64,000 bases of DNA from an uncultured Eubacteriales bacterium (GTDB lineage Bacteria > Acidobacteriota > Aminicenantia > Aminicenantales > UBA8522), in NCBI GenBank assembly GCA_964445305.1, contig CAYUKK010000022.1, positions 3,174 through 67,173 of the forward strand, given 5' to 3'. This document shows, piece by piece, positions 9,916 through 17,248 of this stretch. Positions within the stretch are counted from its first letter, which is position 1, and every line of letters starts with the position of its first letter. Made by a program: the position numbers and the translations under genes. The notes beneath the pieces were generated by a model. The model saw only the letters and a list, made by a program, of their open reading frames with translations. It had not been told where the DNA came from and did no database searches.

Positions 9916-10251
9916 GGTCCCGAAATTGCCGATCAAAGCACCCGACGGGTCCTCTCGTGGTTCACCCCCGGCCAGGCTCGGAGTTGGGATTGCGAAGCCC
10001 GCTCGTTTCCCCAGCGAGGAAACTCGCTCCGACGCAGCCTTCGCTCTTCTCTCGCTTGGCTCGAAAAACCATGCCCGCTCAGGCTTCGACGGGCTTTCTC
10101 ACCCCAGCCCCTCGCCTGTTTCCCCCAATTCACTAAGGCGAATTAAAGGGGCCTAGATCAAACATCGGGAGAGTGCATGTGGAGGCTCGGGGTTGGGATT
10201 GCGAAGCACGCTCGGGTCGGCGGGCCCCCGAACCACGCCACCCCTCGGGTG
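9916..10251 (+). repeat. structured non-coding repeat, copy 1 (left inverted repeat)
   Basis: Intergenic. Reverse-complement matches 29695-30003 at roughly 93% by manual alignment (about 20 mismatches over ~310 nt plus one 26-nt indel at 10211-10236). Contains a ~31-bp internal direct sub-repeat (9969-10001 and 10180-10210), a GAAA-tetraloop hairpin AGCGAG-GAAA-CTCGCT (10012-10027) and near-palindromes ACCCGNCGGGT at both ends (9939-9949, 10239-10249). Confidence 0.7.
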
Positions 10252-10411
10252 CGGGCGTGTTAATTTAGGTTTCTTTACTGCGGGAACTTCAACCATGCGT
10301 CCAGGCCTCTGCCTTCAGGATGTCAAGTGCCCCAATACGTCATCATTACTTAAGTTTTTCTGCTTCCTGAGGACCTTGTGGGCTGATTGGATAGTTGATA
10401 ATACCGCCTTC

Positions 10412-11818
10412 TCAGAGGAAGGGTAGGTACTTTCGAACCTCGAAGTCGCTGACTTGTTTTTCGAATTCGCGGGAGACGTTGATGTTGTATTCTTCTATTT
10501 CTGCCTTCTTATTGGCGATAAACGTCTTGAAGATATGGTCGCCCAGCGTTTCCCGCATCAGCTCACTTTTTTCCATCAGCTTGACTGCTTCCTCGAGGTT
10601 CCGGGGAAGAACATGGATGTCCAATTTTTTTTGTCTGGCGCCGGACATCTTATAGATATTTTCTTCCACCGGGTCGGGAAGAGGATAGCCTTCCTTGACT
10701 CCTTTTAGCCCGGCCATGAGCATGGTGGCAAAAGCCAGGTAGAGGTTGCACGCCGGGTCGGGCGAGCGGAGCTCAACCCGGGTCGCCGACTCTTTGCCCG
10801 GTTGGTACTCGGGCACGCGGATGTAGGCCGACCTGTTCCTTTGTCCCCAGGCGATGTAAACCGGAGCTTCATAACCTTCGATCAAACGCTTATAGGAATT
10901 CACCCACTGGCTGAGCACGGCTGAAATCTCCCGCGCGTGTTTCATCAACCCGGCCATGTAATGGTAAGCGAAGTCGGAAAGGTGGTACTTGTTGCGGGGG
11001 GCAAAAAAGATGTTTTTCCCTTCCTTCCAGATGGACTGGTGGACATGCATGCCGCTGCCGTTCTGACCGTTGAGGGGTTTGGGCATGAAGGTAGCATGGA
11101 GGTTGTGCATGCGGCATACCTTCTTGACCATGTACCGGAAGAGCATGCCGATGTCGGCCATGTCTAGGGCATTCTGGTATTTCAAGTCAATTTCATGCTG
11201 GCCGTGGGCGACCTCATGGTGGTCGTATTCAGATTCGATGCCCATCTTCTTGAGGAGGAGCTGGACTTCCTTACGGATGCCGCCGTGCTTTCCGCTAAAG
11301 AAATAGCCACCGACGTCCGTCAAGCTTGTGTCCCGGTCGCTGGGGAAAATGAAAAACTCGAGCTCTGGCCCGACTTTGAAATCTTCCACTCCGTATTCTT
11401 CCCGTGCGCGCTGGAGTGTTCTCTTGAGGATGGAGCGGGAGTCCCCTTCGTAGGGGCGGCCTTCTGGGGTCAGGATGTCGCCGAACATGATTGCTTCTCG
11501 CCAGCGGATTTCCTCAGAAAAGCCGACATACTCCCACGGCAAGACACGGAAGGTCCGTGCTTCAGGCTTGATGATCAAATCGCTTTCTTCAATGCGCACA
11601 AACCCCTCGACCGATGAACCGTCAAAGCCCTTGCCCTCGCGAAAGGCTTTTTCCAGCTCCTCGCTGGGAAAGGCGAAATCCATCGGCCGACCGAGGATGT
11701 CGGGGAAATGGAGGCGGATAAATTCCACCCGGTTAGCCGGGTTGAGGACATACTCAAGGACTTCCTCCTCCGTCTCAAAGCCGTACCCTTGGTCAGCCGG
11801 TCTTAAAGGTTTAGTCAT
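10412..11818 (-). CDS. glnA: glutamine synthetase type I
   Basis: GS beta-grasp N-domain. Catalytic-domain signature KPLNGQNGSGMHVHQSIW. 468 aa. AAAGGAGG RBS. Confidence 0.9.
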   Translation of the reverse strand: MTKPLRPADQGYGFETEEEVLEYVLNPANRVEFIRLHFPDILGRPMDFAFPSEELEKAFREGKGFDGSSVEGFVRIEESDLIIKPEARTFRVLPWEYVGFSEEIRWREAIMFGDILTPEGRPYEGDSRSILKRTLQRAREEYGVEDFKVGPELEFFIFPSDRDTSLTDVGGYFFSGKHGGIRKEVQLLLKKMGIESEYDHHEVAHGQHEIDLKYQNALDMADIGMLFRYMVKKVCRMHNLHATFMPKPLNGQNGSGMHVHQSIWKEGKNIFFAPRNKYHLSDFAYHYMAGLMKHAREISAVLSQWVNSYKRLIEGYEAPVYIAWGQRNRSAYIRVPEYQPGKESATRVELRSPDPACNLYLAFATMLMAGLKGVKEGYPLPDPVEENIYKMSGARQKKLDIHVLPRNLEEAVKLMEKSELMRETLGDHIFKTFIANKKAEIEEYNINVSREFEKQVSDFEVRKYLPFL

Positions 11819-11933
11819 GGAAACCTCCTTTTAATCAAAGAATAGAAACTATTTTGTTGACCTTGCCTCGCTCTTCGATTAGGATTATTGAGGACGGGTA
11901 AAAGAACCGAGCCCATGTTAACATTTGCACATT

Positions 11934-11962
11934 ATTTTATAAATAAATATTTTAATTGTCAA
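11934..11962 (-). promoter_or_regulatory. candidate sigma70 promoter for glnA in an AT-rich divergent region
   Basis: On the minus strand: TTGACA (11957-11962), 17 nt spacer, TAAAAT (11934-11939). Lies within the conspicuously AT-rich 11819-12033 spacer between glnA and lrp. Confidence 0.3.
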
Positions 11963-12033
11963 TGGGATAATTAAAAATATTATCATATGATTTAAAATAA
12001 TTGTGATTTATTAACCATTTAACGGAGGGGGAA

Positions 12034-12477
12034 ATGATTGACGAGCTCGAAGAAAAAATCATCAGGGTGATGAATGAGAATGCCCGAAAGAGCTTCCGGG
12101 AGATTGCCAAAGTAGTGGGAACTTCGCCCACGGCCGTGATCAATAAGGTTAAACGACTCGAAAGCGCTGGCGTCATCAAGGGGTATATCCCTGTTGTCAA
12201 TCCAGAACACTTTGGACTTGACCTCATGGCCATTATCGCCCTGCGCATCTCCAAGGGAAAACTGCTCGAGACTCAGCACAAGATTTCTGAGGATCGGCGA
12301 GTAACCGCTGTCTACGATATCACCGGAGAATGGGATTCTCTCGTCATCGGTCTATTCAGGGGCCGGGATGACCTTAATGATTTTATCAAGGGAATTCTCT
12401 CTTTACCTTACGTGGATAGGACAGTCACTCACCTTGTCCTCAATGTCGTCAAGGAAGAGAAGCGGGTGATGATTTAA
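12034..12477 (+). CDS. Lrp/AsnC family transcriptional regulator
   Basis: N-terminal HTH (LDEIDRKIL-like: DELEEKIIRVMNENARKSFREIAKVVGTSPTAVINKVKRLE) followed by a RAM domain. 147 aa. GGAGGGGG RBS. Confidence 0.85.
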   Translation: MIDELEEKIIRVMNENARKSFREIAKVVGTSPTAVINKVKRLESAGVIKGYIPVVNPEHFGLDLMAIIALRISKGKLLETQHKISEDRRVTAVYDITGEWDSLVIGLFRGRDDLNDFIKGILSLPYVDRTVTHLVLNVVKEEKRVMI

Positions 12478-12542
12478 TGAGAAATATCTTGACAGGGGGA
12501 AATATATCTCCTAACTTATAAATTTCAGGAAGGAGAGGAGAA

Positions 12543-12986
12543 ATGGACAAAGAAATCCACGCCACTCTGGGTCGGCATTATATCGTCGAAGCGTCGGGTT
12601 GCGACCCGAAAATCATCGGCAGTGTCGAGAAAGTGCAGCAAATTCTTGTCAAAGCCGCGGAAGTAGCCGGGGCCCAGGTTTGGTCCATTTCCTTCAGCAA
12701 GTTCCCTCCCCAAGGAGTGAGTGGAGTTGTAGTCATCTCGGAATCCCATATCTCCACCCACACATGGCCAGAGTATGGTTATGTAGCGCTGGATATATAT
12801 ACTTGCGGTCGGCATGTTGACCCGGAGAAGGCGGTCGTGTTTGCCGTTGAAGCTTTCGGTTCCTCAACCTCCCATATCACCGAGATTACCCGAGGGCTCG
12901 ATGAGGGAGATTCGATTTATTATCACAGCCTCGTCACCTGGGAGGAAGATTTCGAGAGGGGGCAATCGAAGAAGACCGCACCATAA
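12543..12986 (+). CDS. speH: S-adenosylmethionine decarboxylase proenzyme (class 1b, pyruvoyl)
   Basis: ESHISTHTWPE self-cleavage/pyruvoyl serine motif. ~147 aa, as in archaeal/Thermotoga-type AdoMetDC. GGAGAGGAG RBS. Weak sigma70 promoter TTGACA-17-TAACTT at 12489-12517. Confidence 0.8.
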   Translation: MDKEIHATLGRHYIVEASGCDPKIIGSVEKVQQILVKAAEVAGAQVWSISFSKFPPQGVSGVVVISESHISTHTWPEYGYVALDIYTCGRHVDPEKAVVFAVEAFGSSTSHITEITRGLDEGDSIYYHSLVTWEEDFERGQSKKTAP

Positions 12987-13082
12987 CCGCGCCTTTTATC
13001 GGGTTCGGGTTGCTGGTTGTAAAAATATTTTACGCGCCGAGCATTTTTTTTATCTCACGGGGGAAGAAAACCAGGCCAATCT

Positions 13083-13097
13083 TGGCACAAAAAATGC
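13083..13097 (+). promoter_or_regulatory. candidate sigma54 (-24/-12) promoter element
   Basis: TGGCAC-N6-TGC with the GG-to-GC spacing of the consensus TGGCACG-N4-TTGC. Lies 27 nt upstream of the GTG start of the M1-peptidase-like gene. A TATAAT hexamer also occurs at 13112-13117. Confidence 0.3.
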
Positions 13098-13123
13098 TCT
13101 CTATTTTCTGGTATAATAAATAA

Positions 13124-15763
13124 GTGATAAAGAAAATTATCCAGCTTTTTCTTGCTTGGCTCCTCGTTTTCCTTCTTTTCTCCAACCTTTCTGGCCAGGA
13201 TCAAGTTATCAACGGATTCATCGCTCATCTGGAAAAGTCACTCCAGTCCCGAGATTTTGATTCTTATCTCGCTTCCTTTACCCCAGCGTTGCAAGAGAGG
13301 GAAAGAGCCGCCCTCCGCAGCTATTTCGATGTGCTGCGGATGGAGACTTTTCATCTCCATTGGGCTAATAAAGGGAGCTTCACGCCCGATAACCCGTGCC
13401 TCTTTCTTCAGGTGATTAGTGAGAATGATTACTCTGCCCTCATCGAAATCTGGCAGTTGGAGCTCGCGGCCAGGGCTGGAGGATACGTCGTCGTCGAAAA
13501 GGATGTGCGAACCAACCTTAGCCAGCTTTACAAGATTAAGATTCCGTCTCAAGTCATGGAAAGGGTCGATTCGGTAGAAATCCGCCATGTCGATATCTCC
13601 ATGATTTTCAAGGATGCTCTCCTTTTTTATGATAATATCCCCGATCTCGAGACGGCCCTCCTCGTCATCGGCAAGGGACAACTTCTCTTTTCCCCATCTG
13701 ACGACAACGAAAAGCACCAGCTCAACTTGATGTTCCAAAGTCAAATGCTCGAGGACCGCCTCGATTACGTCTTTCTCCGTTTCTCCCCCACTTTCTTCGA
13801 GAATAATATCAAGATCCGGCGAAAAAATTCCCCAAGAGAAAAAGCGGTGAGCGAGGCGGATAAGAACAAGGCCTATTCCCTTTTCATGAAACACCATCGC
13901 CGCTACTTTACTGTCCAAAGCCCGCTCACTTCTGATGCGCTTTCCTTCGTGCCCCGCGGCGAAGAGGCCATCTTCCAGTTCCGGCTCCATCGCTTTGGAG
14001 AACTTGTTTATATCTACTCTCCCTTTGCTGAGGAGGAAGTGACGCTCTACGACCGGAGCCGCGACCGCTTCCTCAACCTCTATTCGCCTTCCGTGGAGAA
14101 GGGTAAGAAAAGGATGGTCGTTACCTTTGGCGAGAAGTACGATGTCCGTCATTACGACATCGAGCTCAGCTTTGAGCCGAAAAACAGTTTTCTTTCCGCC
14201 CGGGCTAAAATCCACCTGGCCGCCCGCTTGAGTGCCCTCGATGCCGTGAAATTTCGGTTCAATCCCGCCCTTGAGATTCTCCGCATCTACGATGAGGAGA
14301 AACGGGAGCTCTTTTTTACTCAGGATGAGGACAGCCGCAACCTGTACGTTTATTTCCTTGAGCCTGTCGACAAGGAGATTGTCACCGCTATCGAGGTCTA
14401 TTACCGGGGAATTCTGGAGCCCCCGCCTCAGCTCTCGGATACCCTTTCCTTCCCCCAGCATACGGAATCCTTTGTGATTGTCCCTCCCCGTTTCGACACT
14501 TATCTTTACAGCCAATCCGCCTACTGGTACCCTAACCCGGCTGATGAGGACTATTTTACAGCCAGGTTAAAAATCATCATCCCCCCCGGGTACAGTGCTG
14601 TGGCCAATGGAACTCAACGCGAGGCCGGTCAGCTCAACGGCGTCCAGCGGGTCACCGAAATCGACAAGATGGGAAGCTCCTTCCAGGTTTTCCAAACCGA
14701 AACGTCGGTGAAGTATTTGGCCTTTCTTGTCGGCAAATTTTCTGTGGCCGAGCAGAGCAAGGGCTCCTTCCCCATTTTCTCCCTTGTCTCCTCGGACGTG
14801 CGAACCCCGAGGAAGAACATCCTCGATGAAGCCGGCCGCATTCTTGATTTCTACGAACGCTCATTCGGCCCTTTCCCTTTCGAAACGCTCCGGATCGTCC
14901 GGCGGCTCTGGATGACGGGCGGTGGCCATAGCCCCGCCTCGTTCGTCATTCTTAACGATTTGCCTCGCTCTTCTGATCGGGACAAGGGGGTAAACCTCGT
15001 CTTAACGGGGAAAAGTCCAGTCGATTTATCAGGGTGGAAGGAATATTTTCTGGCCCACGAGATCGCTCACCAATGGTGGGGTCAGGCCGTCACTTGGGCC
15101 AGGTACAGGGATCAATGGCTGAGCGAGGGGATGGCCCAGTTTGCCTCCATCCTCTACATCCGGTGGAAATACGGCGAGGAGGATTTCTCCAGGATTCTGA
15201 AGAAGTTCGCCGACTGGACAGAGAAGAAATCGAGGTTCGGACCGATTACCCTGGGCTCTCGCCTGAGCTATCTCGATTTCGAGGCCTACCAAACCATCAT
15301 CTACAACAAAAGCGCCTTGGTGTTGAACATGCTTCACGACCTCATGGGGCCTGATCTCTTCTTCGCCGGGCTGAAGGAATTCTTCAACGAGCGCCGCTTT
15401 TCCGCCGCGACGACGCATCACTTCAAGCAAGCCATGGAGAGAGCCTCAGGCCGTAACCTCGATTCGTTTTTTGCGCTCTGGTTCGATTCCCATCTCCTGC
15501 CCGAAATTCGGGCTCGCTATTCAATCCTTCAAAGAGAGGGAAGGTCTCATTTAAAAGTTATCATCGACCAGGCTGGTGAGACATTTGTTTTCCCGCTATG
15601 GGTGGAGTGGCAAGAGGGGAAAAGCCAGGATCGGCGGCGAGAAAAGCTTATCATTGACCGGGCCCATCAGGAATTTGACTTTCCCCTTCGGGCTGTGCCC
15701 TTGAAAATTCGAATCAACCCCGCTAAAGCTGTCCCAGGGAGAATGACTCTGACCAAGGGTTGA
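13124..15763 (+). CDS. secreted M1-family (gluzincin) peptidase-like protein
   Basis: GTG start. Signal peptide MIKKIIQLFLAWLLVFLLFS. HEIAHQWWG..(18)..LSEGMAQF is the HExxH-E zinc-binding motif of aminopeptidase N-type M1 peptidases. 879 aa. Confidence 0.7.
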   Translation: MIKKIIQLFLAWLLVFLLFSNLSGQDQVINGFIAHLEKSLQSRDFDSYLASFTPALQERERAALRSYFDVLRMETFHLHWANKGSFTPDNPCLFLQVISENDYSALIEIWQLELAARAGGYVVVEKDVRTNLSQLYKIKIPSQVMERVDSVEIRHVDISMIFKDALLFYDNIPDLETALLVIGKGQLLFSPSDDNEKHQLNLMFQSQMLEDRLDYVFLRFSPTFFENNIKIRRKNSPREKAVSEADKNKAYSLFMKHHRRYFTVQSPLTSDALSFVPRGEEAIFQFRLHRFGELVYIYSPFAEEEVTLYDRSRDRFLNLYSPSVEKGKKRMVVTFGEKYDVRHYDIELSFEPKNSFLSARAKIHLAARLSALDAVKFRFNPALEILRIYDEEKRELFFTQDEDSRNLYVYFLEPVDKEIVTAIEVYYRGILEPPPQLSDTLSFPQHTESFVIVPPRFDTYLYSQSAYWYPNPADEDYFTARLKIIIPPGYSAVANGTQREAGQLNGVQRVTEIDKMGSSFQVFQTETSVKYLAFLVGKFSVAEQSKGSFPIFSLVSSDVRTPRKNILDEAGRILDFYERSFGPFPFETLRIVRRLWMTGGGHSPASFVILNDLPRSSDRDKGVNLVLTGKSPVDLSGWKEYFLAHEIAHQWWGQAVTWARYRDQWLSEGMAQFASILYIRWKYGEEDFSRILKKFADWTEKKSRFGPITLGSRLSYLDFEAYQTIIYNKSALVLNMLHDLMGPDLFFAGLKEFFNERRFSAATTHHFKQAMERASGRNLDSFFALWFDSHLLPEIRARYSILQREGRSHLKVIIDQAGETFVFPLWVEWQEGKSQDRRREKLIIDRAHQEFDFPLRAVPLKIRINPAKAVPGRMTLTKG

Positions 15764-15860
15764 TGTGCGTTCCTCTCTTCTTTAGCTCATCTCCAAAGGG
15801 AAATACATCCCAAAGATAGGAGGAGGGGTGCCGGCCAAATTCCATGTGGCTGGGCTGGCC

Positions 15861-17246
15861 TTAGATTAGGCTATCAAGGTCGATGTTCAACCTCTTGATC
15901 ATCTCGTTGAGGGTGGTCGCTTTGAGTCCGAGGGATTGAGCGGCTTTAACCTGGACGCCCCTGGCTTTTCGGAGGGCCTCGACGATGATTCTCTTCTGGA
16001 ACTGCCGGGTCTGCTCCTTGAGGGTGAGCTCCCCTGTGGGGTTGGCTGACGATTCTTGCCCTGGCGCACCGGGGAGGAGGAAGGCAGGCAAGCTGCTTCT
16101 GGTGATGTACCGGGAGTTGGTCAGGACCACTGCTCGCTCGATGAGGTTCTCGAGCTCGCGGACGTTGCCCGGCCAATCGTAGTCGAGGAGGATTTCCATC
16201 ACGTCCTCGGTCACCCCCTCGATGTTTTTCTTGTTTTCTTGGCTGTAGAGGCGGACGAAGTGCTTGACCAGGAGGGGGATGTCCTCTTTTCTTTCACGCA
16301 ACGGCGGCAGCTCGATCTTGATGACATTCAGGCGGTAGAAAAGGTCCTGGCGGAATTTTTTCTGGACGATAAGCTCTTCCAGGTCAGTGTTCGTAGCCGC
16401 AATGATGCGCGTATCGACCCGGATCGTTCTCGTCCCGCCGAGGCGCATAAATTCTTTGTCCTGCATGACTCGAAGCAATTTGGCCTGGGTCTCCGGGTTG
16501 AGGGTGGATATCTCATCGAAGAATATGCTCCCCTTGTCCGCCGCCTCAAACAGGCCCTTTTTCTGGGTAACCGCCCCGGTGAAGGCACCCTTGACATGGC
16601 CAAAAAGATGACTCTCCAAAAGGTCAGGGGGCAAAGAGCCGCTGTTGACGACGATAAAGGGAAAGTTGCGACGGTCGCTATGGAGGTGGATGGCTCGAGC
16701 GACAAGCTCCTTACCTGTGCCGCTTTCCCCTTGGATGAGGATCGTGCTCCGCGTCGGGGCTATGGCGTTAATCAGCTCAAAAATCTTGAGCATGGGCTTG
16801 CTTTTGCCTATGATATTGTCAAACCCGAATTTCCGGCTGAGCTCGCTCTTCAGCCGGATATTCTCCTCCTGCAGGTTCTTGTGGTCGAGCGCCCTTTTAA
16901 TGGTGAGAAGAAGCTCATCATGCTTGAAGGGCTTCTGGATGTAATCGAAGGCTCCCATTTTCATGGCCGCGATGGCGGATTCAACGGAAGCATAGGCGGT
17001 GATGATGATGACGATGGCCTGCGGGTCTATTTTCTTTATGCCTTTGAGGACTTCGATTCCGTCGAGACCTGGCATTAACAGGTCGAGAAGGATGAGGTCG
17101 TAAGCCTGGGAGGAGTGTTTTTCCAGAGCCTCTTCACCCGAGGCGGACAGCTCCACTTCGTAGCCCTCCGATGTCAGGAGCTGACTGAGAACCTCATGGA
17201 TGATTGGCTCATCATCGATGACGTGGATGATTCCTTTTTCCGCCAT
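15861..17246 (-). CDS. sigma54-dependent response regulator (NtrC/PilR family)
   Basis: Receiver domain (IHVIDDEP...LLDLLMPGLDG). AAA+ sigma54-interaction domain (GESGTGKELVARAIH, GAFTGA). C-terminal HTH. Confidence 0.9.
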   Translation of the reverse strand: MAEKGIIHVIDDEPIIHEVLSQLLTSEGYEVELSASGEEALEKHSSQAYDLILLDLLMPGLDGIEVLKGIKKIDPQAIVIIITAYASVESAIAAMKMGAFDYIQKPFKHDELLLTIKRALDHKNLQEENIRLKSELSRKFGFDNIIGKSKPMLKIFELINAIAPTRSTILIQGESGTGKELVARAIHLHSDRRNFPFIVVNSGSLPPDLLESHLFGHVKGAFTGAVTQKKGLFEAADKGSIFFDEISTLNPETQAKLLRVMQDKEFMRLGGTRTIRVDTRIIAATNTDLEELIVQKKFRQDLFYRLNVIKIELPPLRERKEDIPLLVKHFVRLYSQENKKNIEGVTEDVMEILLDYDWPGNVRELENLIERAVVLTNSRYITRSSLPAFLLPGAPGQESSANPTGELTLKEQTRQFQKRIIVEALRKARGVQVKAAQSLGLKATTLNEMIKRLNIDLDSLI

Positions 17247-17248
17247 GG

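Noticed and set aside
9872-10156. Short ORFs inside both repeat copies (e.g. 9872-10156 +, 29671-29994 -) giving similar peptides
   Set aside because: - The similarity is a consequence of the nucleotide repeat.
- The products are Pro/Ser/Arg-rich with no start context.
- The conserved GNRA hairpin argues for an RNA/DNA-level element rather than a protein.
9916-10251. Possibility that the repeat is tmRNA, RNase P RNA, SRP RNA, 6S RNA or a group II intron fragment
   Set aside because: - Compared from memory with the characteristic conserved segments of each: tRNA-like acceptor/T-arm, GGAAAGUCCGG, domain V.
- None is present, and two ~93%-identical copies would be unusual for these genes.
13112-13117. 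Perfect TATAAT 7 nt upstream of the M1-peptidase GTG start
   Set aside because: - There is no acceptable -35 at 16-18 nt spacing.
- It would imply a leaderless GTG-start mRNA.
- Kept only as an alternative to the sigma54-like element.
13238-14515. 425-aa ORF antisense to the M1-peptidase-like gene
   Set aside because: - The sense strand has the HEIAHQWWG zinc motif and a signal peptide.
- The antisense product has no motifs.
16056-17078. 340-aa ORF antisense to the sigma54 response regulator
   Set aside because: The minus strand encodes unmistakable receiver + AAA+ (GESGTGKE) domains.
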